Shown: in pieces, positions 36,527 through 48,297 of the stretch | Layout: the number at the start of each line of letters is the position of its first letter | Position numbering within the stretch: the first letter of the stretch is position 1 | NCBI GenBank assembly: GCA_951406725.2 | Contig: OX597815.1 | Span: 134,416,001 to 134,480,000 of the forward strand | Length of the DNA: 64,000 bases | Direction of reading: 5' to 3' | From: Octopus vulgaris | Taxonomy: Eukaryota | Notes under the pieces: model-generated | What the model saw: only the letters and a program-made list of their open reading frames with translations | Told to the model about the DNA's origin: nothing | Databases searched by the model: none | Made by a program: the position numbers and the translations under genes

Positions 36527-37738
36527 CCATGGAGGAGAGAGAGGAAGTGGAAGCTGCAGGGCCTCATAAATTGCCGGGGTGTAAAAGCGCCAGTGAGACT
36601 ACAAGTTCACCTACTGTTGTTTGCTATACTAGTTATGCAAAGGTTATTATTTTATAACGAATTTAAACAAAATTTTTAATCGAATCTCTTAAATGTTTTT
36701 GTATGTATGTCCTGTATTTGTCCTTCTGTGTATCGATTTTCATAATCTTAATAAAGAAATATCTTCGGTTGGCAAACCTACAAACGCGAGCAAGCATGCA
36801 TCGGCCGAATGAAATGGGACAACGTAATCTTTACCCTTTCTTCCTCCCAGTCAGCAGAACGTACTTGGCTTCCAACTACCAGCGAGCGACCAACACATTG
36901 TCATTGTCAATTATTTATCTGTCTTACTAACCACTGCCGGCAAATAGATCTACGAATATTATTCTTTTCTCTTCGGTGTTGCTCTTATGCTGTTTCACCC
37001 CCCTTCCGACTCTCAGCATGTAGCGACCAGACGCGGAACCAGAATCGCTATTTGTACGTCAAGTAACTTCTCATCTGTACGATACGTTTGGTACCTCCGA
37101 CGTGAGAACCTTACATTCGTACATTACATAAACAATCGACATTTTCGCTTGCATCTTGGGGTCCATGGGTTTCACTATCTCTTATTTTGTAGCAATCTCC
37201 TACTTTTGGATTGTAAGCACATAGCCTGCAAAGTGTGATGTAGCGGTCATATGTTCAAGAAAGTCTACACTTCATGCCGATATTACTATTATCTTCAAGT
37301 CTTCGGGAAACATGTATGTATGTCAGAGAGAGAGAGAGAGCATTCGTATAAAGATTTACAGGTTGAAATCAAAAATCCAAAAGCTTTTCTGCAGAAGAAC
37401 AGAGGTTGGTTCTAATAGAGTAAAGGAGTTATATGGCTTATGTCATAGTTCGGTAGATACAAAGCTTTACAGTCAAATACCAGATATACTCGTGTAAAAG
37501 TTGACCTCAAGTAAATATCGACTCTCTAATTCTGACCCTCAAATTAGGAATTTTCCTTATATTTCCTGTGAAATCGACCCTGTTTCGTGACAGGTAAACG
37601 ATCTGCTAATTGTGATGGCTAGGAAGAAAAGAACATGTGTTAATATTTATAAAAGCTAAGCGTCCTTAACATATTTTGATGCATAAAACTGATATTATTA
37701 TAGTACTTCATTCTACTCTCTTTTTTTTATTATTATTA

Positions 37739-38138
37739 CTAGCAGTATCGCCCGGCGTTGCTCGGGTTTGTAAGGGAAATAACTATATAAGCATTTTTAG
37801 AGAGTTATAGCAAAAAAATACATTAAAAATGGGAAAAAAATGATGGTAAATTTTTTTTTAAATCGTTGACTCATCGTAGACATTTTTAGAGAGTTACTTC
37901 CCTTATATAATAGCGAAAAATGGAAAAAAATGATGGCAAATTTTTTTTTTTTATCGTAGACTCATCGTAGACGCGCACTAATACCCAGAAGGGTATGAAC
38001 ACGACTAAGGGTATGAATCGATATGAACCACGACTATAAGATAACCGGTTTTGGTTAAACTGCACCACAAAATGAGGGAGTAGTTAGGAATCTAAATCGT
38101 AGGAGACAGACACACAACTTCACTTTTATATATAAAGA
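37739..38138 (-). mobile_element. Complete 400-bp non-autonomous Helitron
   Basis: Minus strand A|TCTTTATATATAAAAG...CCCGAGCAACGCCGGG hairpin..CTAG|T; inserted at an A^T site in a (TTA)n tract with no TSD; internal ~90-bp duplication. Confidence 0.88.
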
Positions 38139-39419
38139 TTATTATTATTATTATTATTATTTTGCCAGAGATCATTTGGGTTTCTGCTCATGATACGGCA
38201 TTTTGGAGTCTAATGTGAATTTCAGCTCCTGAATAGTAGTATCCATGTAATAGTCGAGCCTCTTACAAAAAAAAAAAAAGTAATATTTTGACTTTTACAT
38301 GAATGCCTACTGTTGGAAAAAAATGTATCCTAGGAAACCCGGCCTACAGTAGAAGGCATTTATGCAAAGTGCTGCGTCAGGGGATTGAACTCTAAACAAA
38401 GTAGTTGCAAAGTGAACTCCTTAATAACATAGCCGTGCCTGTGTTCAGAAACCTGCTTGAATTTGACGCTGGTCTTTGATTGGCCAAGGAAATTGTTATC
38501 TCGCTGTGTTTATGTATTTCATATACTTGGCTGAATGTGCTAAATGATAGTGACTGTAGGTAGGGGCTGGACTTGGTTCATGATGAAAAAGGGTATAGGA
38601 AAAAGAAATACAAAATCTCGAAGAATATTGTGATGGAAGACTCCATAAGAAGAAATGAGCTGGCTAGTAGATTTTTTTTGGGGTGGGTGGAATCCTATGG
38701 CGTGTTCATTATATTGATATTGGATAGTAAAATAGAAAGATGAATGCTGATAAATAGCTTGGGAAAATTTACTTGTAGTTCAAGGGGGATAACTCTTCGT
38801 GTAATATTTGCGTGAATCCTCTTTCTCATGCACACGCACAAACTAACACACACACGTACACCAGCATACACCTATTCGTGCTCGAGTGCACGCACAGTCA
38901 CAATATATACTCATAAACCAATAATTTTGTACGTTTCCCTTTCGCACCCATACGCTAATGGCAGATTCACAAACACACACACAAATAGAGGAACATGAAA
39001 TAAGACTCGCATGCACGTGTGTAATTGCTGTCGATGTAGACACAGGTATAACGCTTTCGTGTGTGCATATATATATATATATACATACATACATACATAT
39101 ATCCATAAATTTATATCCTCCATATTCATACATGGATATGCATACTCGATCACACTTGCATGCATGTACGTTCGTACTTATGCAGACTCGTACGTTTTAC
39201 ACGGACACTCGGACACGCTTAAACGTGCCAAGTAGTGCAGGCATGCATTTTAAAGATCGATTCCTATGTATTCTTATTGTTGAGGAAAAGTAAGATAAAT
39301 CAAGTGAATTAATTAACATTAAACGAATCAAATAATTAATTTCGGATGAGTACTTTATAAATAACTTAGTGAGTGGGATTGTGAATCTGTAACGGTTAGT
39401 TCTTCGTTGCAGTCGAGTA

Positions 39420-39660
39420 TCACCAATTTGCAACGGTTGTTGTTAAGGTGTTGGTTACCAGTATGCAAGACAGAAGAAGAAATATGATTGAGGTTGTAAA
39501 GGGATATTTATTTACCGTTACTTTGTAATATATCCAAAACCACGACGGGCTGGTATGTATAATTACTAAATGGAAAAGCATGCGAGGAAAAAGGGTTAAT
39601 TTCGGTCTGTATGTGTGTACACGATCTCATAGTAGTATATAGAGAGGGATATGTTAAAGT
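39420..39660 (-). mobile_element. LTR fragment (gypsy-like), copy 1
   Basis: ~150 bp similar to 41612-41765; AATAAA on minus; degenerate PBS-like TGGTGA at ~39420-39425. Confidence 0.55.
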
Positions 39661-40641
39661 TCCAGAGAAAAGAAAGTTAGTAAAAGTGAGTGGTGGAATG
39701 AGCTTCTATGTTTGCTAATTCCATAGTTGTCGCTTTGTTAATCTACCTTAGTCGAGACAGCATTTCGCTTGAGCCGGTCAGCCGCCTCTCTGTCAGTCAC
39801 TCTCACTAACCAACTTTGGCTTACGGAGTCCTTGTTTTTATAACTATCCAAAACCAGCCTGAAGGATAGACATATTGTTTAAGAGCAATAGATTTCGTTG
39901 GAGGTCTGTTGTCTCTATTCTAGCTTTTGGTCGCCTAGAAGAGGTTAGAAGAGTCAAGTTGCAAAGACAGTATTCTGCTTACCGAAGGCATCTGGCAACG
40001 CCATGCCTGCATGAAGCCACTACATCACTTCCTCTCCAGAGAGGTTCTGAGAAAAGGAAACGAACGATTGCGCAAGAGAAAGAAATGCATGGCTGAAGAA
40101 AAATTTTGCATATCCGGAGAGAGGACCGTTGAAGTGTATACGAGACAGATATTTATTCAAGTGAGTCTGAATAGCGGTGTCGCTTTACATGCCAAAATGT
40201 GCAGTCAGTGACTGGGCAGTACGGAAAATGAGCTAGTACATGCGTGCATATGCACGAATCAAAGTTCACTGTAAGTTAAGCTCAGGTGAGCGAGTGAGTG
40301 TATTCTCAATCCATGATATCAAAGATCTTCATGCAGGATTGCAGTGTATGAAATGCCTTGAAGGTTTTTCGGAAGTGAAATGTGTCTGGTGTTGTTGTTG
40401 GTAATTGATGAGGTTAGCAAGAACGATAGTGTAGCATGCTGGGGTGATGTATGTGACAGGTAATTTTCTCCATTTATTACGCAACCAAACAGGTCTAACA
40501 GAGGGAAATTACGTCTAACATGAGCGCAGAGCATGTGAACATCCAGCGTGCATAAGGTTGGGAAAGGGCTGAGTTGGCACAGACGTATTGAAAAACAAGG
40601 CAGGAGGGGCACGTGTGTGTGCGTGCGTGCGCAAGGCTGAG

Positions 40642-40972
40642 GTAGTTAGTTAGTTAGTTAGTTAATTTGGCTCAAAAGCAAATAGCAAGGCCATGTAGGG
40701 GGACATGGAGTTAAGTACAGAGCGGTGTTCATGCAAAGAGTTCAGGCCACTTGAGGTCAAGGGAGGCTTTGAACAAAGCGGTCGTCGGCATCTTCACCAT
40801 CCCGCCTGGCAACCCGGACGGAGAAAGCTCCTCTCCTTCGATTGAGATGAAATCGTCGCAGGTAGAGCTTTTCGGAATGACCCCGCAGCCGACGCTCTGG
40901 AGCAGGAGTGAAGAACAGCTCTTTCGAGAGGTTACACCCTCCGCCTATGATGCTGTGGGCGAGAACGAGGTA
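40642..40972 (-). mobile_element. CR1/L2-group LINE 3' end with (CTAA)n tail
   Basis: Minus: DLVLAHSII..LFFTPAPERRLRGHSEKLYLRRFHLNRRRGAFSVRV. Confidence 0.8.
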
Positions 40973-41532
40973 GTAATGCTAGTGCATTAATTACAAATAC
41001 AATGTACAGTGTTTAATATGCCAGCTGATGTATGAGGTATTAAATGCCTTGACCGTGCAGGAGTAAAAAGCATGCTTACGCGTTGTAAGGGACAAACGAC
41101 TTTCTCTATGTATACGTGACCGACCTAGGATCTTACAGAGGCGAGTTGTGTCTACAAGGGCGCTGGGAGCATGAAAAACAAGCGGGGAAGGCATATGTGG
41201 TGCATGAATGTGACCGTGTTAGCATGTATGTGTGTATGAACAATGTGTGCACAAGGCCAGGTGCTGAGGAAAGGAGTATGTGTGTGTGTATATAACAATA
41301 CAAACATTTTCAAAGTGAACGAAAAAAGTACATGCAAAATATGAATAATAATAAAAAACATTCAAAAAGATATGCACATGAATTTAGTTGTTTTAGTGAA
41401 ACGAGTTGTCATGGAATTTGTGCATCATAGCAAGTCGAATGAGAGTGCATCAGTAGATAGTGGTTCTCTGTAGAAGGGTTCACCAAATGTATGTGACAAC
41501 TGTTCATGCAAAGGTGAAGATTGCAATTCTTT

Positions 41533-41768
41533 AACTTGGGGTCACCAATGTAATGGCAAAGATTTATTGCAACAGTATGTTGTAAGATGTGACAGATGAA
41601 CAGTGATTGAAGTTGTAAAGGGATATTTATTTACTGTTACTTTGTATATATCCAAAACCACGACAGGTTGGTATGCGTAATTAGTCAATGGAAAAGCATG
41701 CGAGGAAAAAAGAGTTAATTTCGGCCTGTATATGTGTGTACACGATCGCATAGTAGTATAGAGAGATC
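41533..41768 (-). mobile_element. LTR 3' end plus primer-binding site (tRNA-Trp type), gypsy-like, copy 2
   Basis: Minus strand ...TTACA-T-TGGTGACCCC (41552->41538), complementary to the tRNA-Trp 3' end GGGGUCACCA. Confidence 0.7.
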
Positions 41769-41784
41769 TGGGATAAATGTAGAG

Positions 41785-42070
41785 AATACCCCTGTTATTG
41801 AACACATGCATGAACATCAGCACGAGGAATATTGGTGGGAGCATTCCCATCAAAATTTCTACCAAGTGCAAATGTAATAGGCTGGATATTGCTCTTTGGG
41901 ACAAACAAACAAAAAATTTGTACTGTCATAGAGGTTAGCTGCTCTTCAAATGTGAATATTTCTTCGACAATCAAAGAGAAAAAGGACAACTACAGATAAC
42001 TGCTTTGAAACCTGCAGCTTCTATATTCAGATCATAAATTTTCATTTACACCAATAACTAGAGCACTTGG
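41785..42070 (+). mobile_element. R4/Dong-like RLE endonuclease fragment
   Basis: EEYWW.IPIKISTKCKCNRLDIALWDKQ..CTVIEVSCSS..EKKDNY..NLQLLY..FTPI. Confidence 0.75.
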
Positions 42071-42194
42071 GGTTAGGTTTAGGGTAAGAGTGGGAAGGGG
42101 AAGGTGCAAGGAGTAGGGGAGGGGGATTATGTGGTATCTATACAATCTGCCTCTTCCTCCTGTCTTAACTTCCCCCTCCAATAAAACCACATTC

Positions 42195-42770
42195 TCACTT
42201 GATCTGAATGCAATATATAGGTGGGCTGATGAAAATAACATGCAGTTCAATGCCGAGAAGTTTGATGCACTTTACAATTGGCCCACAAACAGATTACAAT
42301 CTGATTACACAGGACCAGTGGGTAGTGCAATCTCAAAGTCAGAGTTGGTGTGTGACCTGGGAATCTACATGAGTAATAATGCAAGCATTCCATGTTGCAT
42401 ATTATGAAGATGGCATCACTGTGCAGGCAAGTAGCTGGATAGATTCTGAGATAATTTAGATCCAGGAAAAGGATTCCATGTTACTCATATAGAGAACCTT
42501 CGTTTTCAGTCGACTGGTTACTACTCCCAGCTGTGGTCACTACAGAATGTCAAATTGATGGCGGAACTTGATGCAATCTAGTGCCCTACACTAAGAAGGT
42601 TGAGCCAATGCAACAGATGAGCTATTGGAAGAGGCTAAAAGAACTGAAGCTCTACTTGATTGAGAGAATATGTGAAAGATATGCAGTTATATAATTATGG
42701 TAGATTCTGGAAGGTCTGTCTTCCACATTTGGAATTGAAATCTATACCAGTCACCAAATTTGGGTTTCAA
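42195..42770 (+). mobile_element. Decayed CR1-group LINE fragment (post-RT region)
   Basis: DLNAIYRWADENNMQFNAEKF, CDLGIYMS, SRL.YYSQLWS, MSYWKRLKELKLY. Confidence 0.75.
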
Positions 42771-43095
42771 GAGTTCACAATTATTCAACATTCTGATAAT
42801 CAACCTGTGTATATGTTGAGGTATTCAAAGAGAGTCGGGATACATTTTTATCTGAGATGAACCCGCTTCACAGCAGGTAGTACAAAGAAGAGCTCCTTCA
42901 TCCAGCTCACTACTTCACTAGAGACAACGCAGAAAAACAAAAAACAAAAAAGAAAGAAACAACTATATTGAAAGATAATGCAGCAGTACAGCCTCAACTT
43001 CTGGCTGAAACGAGTGAAACAATAAATATATACATGCATGCATATATATGTATGCATATTTATTTATGTGTGTGTTTGTGTGTGTGTGTGTTCTT

Positions 43096-43129
43096 TTATA
43101 AGCTTCAGCCCTAAGGCTGAAGCTTATAA
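43096..43129. repeat. Perfect 15-bp-arm hairpin
   Basis: TTATAAGCTTCAGCC-ctaa-GGCTGAAGCTTATAA. Confidence 0.9.
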
Positions 43130-43164
43130 TATTCACACATAATATTCAACCACCAGTGTTGAAT

Positions 43165-43447
43165 ATAATGTGTGGGGTACAGTTGAGCGAGAGACCAACA
43201 AAACTCCTTGTAATACCAAATATGAACTAAAGGCAAGGATTGTGATAGCATTCACCAACTTAAACAAGGAGACCGCCTAGAAGAGTTGTAGAAGATTCTG
43301 AAGTTGTGGAGGCCATGGTTGAAGCTAAAGGTGATTTTATTGAATAAATTTATTCTTCGGTATTTCAAAATATTTGTATGTTAAAATGAGATGTCAGTGT
43401 TATTTTCATTTTTGCATAATTTAGACGATGGTTTATTCACCGCACCA
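43165..43447 (+). mobile_element. Tc1/mariner (DD37D-like) transposase C-terminal relic and right arm
   Basis: VWGTVERETNKTPCNTKYELKARI..CRRF...EAMVEAKGDFIE*. Confidence 0.7.
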
Positions 43448-43639
43448 TCCATCCATCCATCCATCCATAGACAGATAGGTTAGGCACAAAGTTGTGATTG
43501 ATCTGTTGGCAGATAACTGATGAGGAATTGGTGACCATCCATATCTGATTCCTGTTTGTTTGTGCATTTATTACGTTTTATGTATACACCAGTACATACA
43601 TACGTATGTATGTATGTATGTATGTATGTATGTATGTAT

Positions 43640-44065
43640 GTATGTAGTGTGTATATGTGTCTGTCTCCTCACCACTGCTTGACATCTGGTGTTGGTTTGT
43701 TTATGTTCCCCTAACATAGAGGTTCAGGTTTTAAGAGGCTGATAGAATAAGTATCAGGCTTAAAAGACAAGTACTGGGGTTGATTCGTTCAACTAAAAAA
43801 AGAAAATTCTTTAAGGCAGTGCCCCAGGATGGCATACAGAAATTTGAAGAATTATGCACAAATGCATGCGTTTTAATAGTTACATATATATATATGTGTG
43901 TGTGTGTGTGTGTTTGTAGGTGCAGGCATGGCTGTGTTCACATGGCTCTGAGTTCAGTTCCACTGCGTGGCACCTTGGGCAAGTATTTTCTACTATAGCC
44001 TCAAGCTGACCAAAACCTTGTGAATGGATGTGGTAGACAGAAACTGTAAGAAGCTTGTTGTATAT
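43640..44065 (+). mobile_element. Two partial SINE family A copies (3' half 43640-43830; 5' half 43918-44065)
   Basis: Similarity to family A. Confidence 0.75.
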
Positions 44066-44114
44066 ATATATATATATATAGTACACTATACACCAGTATA
44101 GTGTACTAAATGCT

Positions 44115-44362
44115 ACACTATAGTGTAACATTTAGTACACTGTATATTACTCTACATTCTTGTTAATCACCAAAGCAAATTGACTTTTAAAATGTGAATA
44201 AAACAAACCTGTTTTTGTAATCCACATTTTCCATCCCATGTAAGCACAGGAATCAAACATTGGATTGAAAGAATGGAATAGTGGTATAAATATCAACACA
44301 GTTATTTCTTCTTTCTTCCCTTCTCCAACGACACCCCTTCCAGATTCACAAGCACTCCCCCC

Positions 44363-44404
<42 letters not shown>

Positions 44405-45399
44405 TCTACACATATGTTCTGGTTTTTGAAAATACAACATTGAACAAATGATACTCTAATATTTGAATGAAACCATTTTACTTTAATTTGTGGAATCACT
44501 TGCTTCTGTATGATAAAACTTAATTCTCTTTTTCAAGTATGGACCTTATGAAATTTTGCTCATCATACATTGAAGGACAAATCTTTCAATTTATAATTTA
44601 ACAAACATAGTGTAGCATTTAGTACACTGTACATTGCACTACATTCTTGTTAATCACCAAAGCAAATTGACTTTTAAAGTGTGAATAAAACAGACCTGTT
44701 TTTGTAATCAAACATTGGATTGAAGGAACTGAGTGGTGGTATAAATATCAACACAATTGTTTCTTCTTCCTCTTTTTCTTCTTTCTTCCCTTCTCCAATG
44801 ACACTCCTGCCAGACTCACAGGCACCCTGCACACACACCCTCACAAAACAATAATAAAAAGAAATCCAGACAATTCTTTTTTGAAATGGCCAATTTCTAA
44901 AGACCAAAAACCATTTACAGTTGCAAAAAAATAAAAACAAAAGTGGCACTGATTACTCTAAACAACTTGACCAGTCCTCCTTTGTATCTTTCAGATACTA
45001 AGACACAAACACACGCACACATAACATAAACACACACACACTCTCTCACAAGACAATGATGAAAAGGAATATAATTTATGGTCTTCTTTCTGTCCCTTTT
45101 CTTCCTTCCCTTCCTTTTCTCTAACACTATTTTCAGATACAAAATAACACACACACACACACACACATGCTCTCTCTCACTTTCTCCCCATTCATCACCC
45201 TCTTGTTCTATCTTATATCCCTCCCAACCACTATACACTCAATGACACTATAAAATGGTCAAACTTTTTCCCCAAGATCTTAGACCCCTCTTGGAGTAAC
45301 CATCCTTACAAAAGAAACCAGCAAAATAATTTTTTCTTCTTCCCTCTCTCCCTTTTCTTCCTTCCCTTCTTTTTCTCTAACACTATTTTCAGATATAAA

Positions 45400-45435
<36 letters not shown>

Positions 45436-45960
45436 CTCTCTCTTTCACTTTCTCCCCATTCTTCACCCTCTTGTAAATAATAATAATAATGAAATTATTG
45501 TATACAGTGCTCAGGTGCACCACAACTTGTCAGAAAGTGCATATAAAGTACATGCAGTAATGTAGAAATGTCTGGAAAGTGAACATGCTTGTGTGTGTAT
45601 GGAGGGGAGAAAATCAAGTGTAGTGTTGGCGAATCTCAGGAAGCATGGAAGTCTTGAAGGATGCAGTGCTCCGACAACTAACAACCGATGCCGGCAGTTT
45701 GTTCCATGCTTCAGCAACTCTCAGCGTGAAAAAATGTTTCCTGAAGTCATGGGAGCTGTGCTGTTTTCTTACATTGTAAATATGTCCACGGGTGTTAGAT
45801 GGGTGGAGTTTGAAGAGGTGCTCAGAGTTATTGTTTGTGCGATGGTTGATAATTTTATGGGTGTCTGCCAGGTCAGCTGCCAGACGTCGGAGTTTCAATG
45901 TGTCCCTCCCCACCACTACACACTCAATAACACTACAAAATGGTCAAACTTTTTCCACAG
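44115..45960. repeat. Two local tandem duplications
   Basis: ~44118-44400 ≈ ~44606-44840; ~45090-45272 ≈ 45345-45474 + 45903-45957 (second copy split by a CR1 insertion). Confidence 0.8.
45475..45902 (-). mobile_element. CR1-group LINE 3' end with (TTA)n tail
   Basis: LKLRRLAADL..HKII..NTRGHIYNV..RKHFFTLRVAEAWNKLP. Confidence 0.85.
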
Positions 45961-46255
45961 GAACTTGGTTCCATTTCAAAAATCCACCAGAATGGACGAA
46001 AGCGCTAATATATGATGTAAGTTATATGATGTATAAAAACATATAATATACAAATAAATATCTGTAAATATGGACCATCCGAATTTCTGAGTACCTCATT
46101 TCTTCTAATATAAAATACCTGTGCATCATCTCCAAACTTTCTAATATATATATATATATTTGTGTGTGTTTGTGTGTATATATATGTATAAGTGTATATA
46201 TATTATATATATATATATGTACATACATATTATATATATGTAAATATTTATATAA

Positions 46256-46320
<65 letters not shown>

Positions 46321-46683
46321 TATATTATATATATGTAAATATTTATATATGTATATATGTATGTATGTGTATGTTGGCATCCTTTTTGTCTCGGGAGACA
46401 ATGGAGTTGCGCATAAAGTAGTCTAGTTCGGCTTTTTACATTTCATGTCCTGATACATTTCCTATATATTTATATATATATGTATATATATATATTATAT
46501 ATAAATGTAAATATTTATATATGTATATATCTATATTATATATGTATATATTTATATATATACATTTATATATATTTATATATATATTATATATATGTAA
46601 ATATTTATATATATATATATATGTATATATTTATATAAATATATATATGTATATATTTATATAAATATATATGTATACATATA

Positions 46684-47063
46684 GGCGCAGGAGTGGCTGT
46701 GTGGTAAGTAGCTTGTTTACCAACCACATGGTTCCGGGTTCAGTCCCGCTGCGTGGCATCTTGGGCAAGTGCCTTCTACTATAGCCTCGGGCCGACCAAA
46801 GCCTTGTGAGTGGATTTGGTAGATGGAAACTGAAAGAAGCCCGTCGTATATATGTATGTGTATGTGTGTTTGTGTGTCTGTGTTTGTCCCCCTAGCATTG
46901 TGGTGTGTTTATGTCCCCGTCACTTAGCGGTTCGGCAAAAGAGACCGATAGAATAAGTACTGGGCTTACAAAGAATAAGTCCCGGAGTCGAGTTGCTCGA
47001 TTAAAGGCGGTGCTCCAGCATGGCCGCAGTCAAATGACTGAAACAACTAAAGGAGTACAGGAG
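46684..47063 (+). mobile_element. SINE family A, CpG-intact
   Basis: Head and tail as at 30527. Confidence 0.92.
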
Positions 47064-47253
47064 TATATAATATATATTATATATTATTTATATATAATAT
47101 ATATTATACATTAATTTATATATTATATACATGTAAATATTTATATATGTATATAAATATATATTATATCTGTATATATTTATATATACCGGAGTAAACA
47201 CATAAATGTGAAACAAGGTGGAAAAAAGAGTTCTCAAATACCAGTGGTAGAGT

Positions 47254-47419
47254 AATATGCTTTATTTTAAGCAGCAGAAAATTCAACAAAATCTGTTTCT
47301 GAGTTTCTCGTTGCCGTTCATCAGACAGTTTTCTAGCAAAAACTGTCTGATGAACGGCAACGAGAAACTCAGAGTAACAGATTTTGTTGAATTTTCTGCT
47401 GCTTAAAATAAAGTATATT
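47254..47419. repeat. ~80-bp-arm palindrome (Penelope-like inverted pLTR) with left extension 47189-47253
   Basis: Arms 47254-47332 and 47338-47419 are near-perfect reverse complements; central CTAGC. Confidence 0.92.
47343..47380 (+). ncRNA. Minimal type I hammerhead ribozyme motif
   Basis: CTGT-CTGATGA-aCG/GCAA/CGa-GAAA-CTCAGAG-TA-ACAG: intact core, 2-bp stem II with GNRA loop, near-palindromic stem III, GUA site at 47374-47376, stem I CTGT/ACAG. Confidence 0.75.
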
Positions 47420-47506
47420 TATATATATATATTTTATAATATATGTGTATAAATATATATTATATGTAAGTATTTTATATATATGTGTGTATATATATTA
47501 TATGTA

Positions 47507-47542
<36 letters not shown>

Positions 47543-47692
47543 ATATATACATTATATATATCATATGTGTATATATATTATATATATATATGCATATATA
47601 TTAAATATATATATATATGTATATAGTACAAAGTAAGATAGGGGTTATGAATGTAACCCACTATAGGATATCAATTATCCAATATACTGTTG

Positions 47693-47789
<97 letters not shown>

Positions 47790-47970
47790 GTGTGTGTGTA
47801 TATATGTCTATATATGTGTATATATATATACATATATATATATGTATATATATGTCTAATATATATATGTATTTTATGTATGTATATATGTGTGTATGTA
47901 TATATTCATATATGTCTGTGCATATATCTATATATACATACATAAACATACAAATATATATATATATATA

Positions 47971-48010
47971 AACTATCCGACGAACGGGAACGCGAAACTG
48001 AGTAACAGTT
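47971..48010 (+). ncRNA. Diverged copy of the same hammerhead motif
   Basis: AACTAT-CCGACGA-aCG/GGAA/CGc-GAAA-CTGAG-TA-ACAGTT followed by the same TTTCTGCTGCTT..AAATAAAGTATAT tail. Confidence 0.6.
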
Positions 48011-48263
48011 TCTGCGATATTTCTGCTGCTTTTAAATAAAGTATATATATACACACACGTATATACGCATATATGTATTGTGTCGCTCTAGTGTGTGAGT
48101 ACCAATAAAGAGAAGGTAATAGAGATCGAGGTAACAGTGAGGGAAAGGGAGAGAATGAAAGAGCGTACTATGAGGTGAACTGGCAAACTGTAAAATATAC
48201 GCACATTCACAGAGAGAGAAAGAGAGCGAGAGAGGGAAAGAAAGAGCGAGCAGAGTCTCTTCG

Positions 48264-48297
48264 ATGGCCATGTCGCTTCTACGGGGATGTATTCGCG
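48264..48297 (+). CDS. Candidate first coding exon of a second gene (MAMSLLRGCIR+G)
   Basis: ATG GCC ATG, Arg/Ser/Leu-rich and acid-free peptide, consensus donor G|GTAAGT at 48298, CpG-retaining context; no downstream exon confidently identified. Confidence 0.45.

Larger units (their letters stand above)
31478..36759 (+). mobile_element. Full-length young Tx1/L1-clade LINE with 19-bp TSD
   Basis: TSD TATCTTCGGTTGGCAAACC at 31459-31477 and 36760-36778; two ORFs; AATAAA at 36750-36755. Confidence 0.95.
46140..47970. repeat. Large degenerate (TA)n field containing several short insertions
   Basis: direct reading. Confidence 0.9.
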
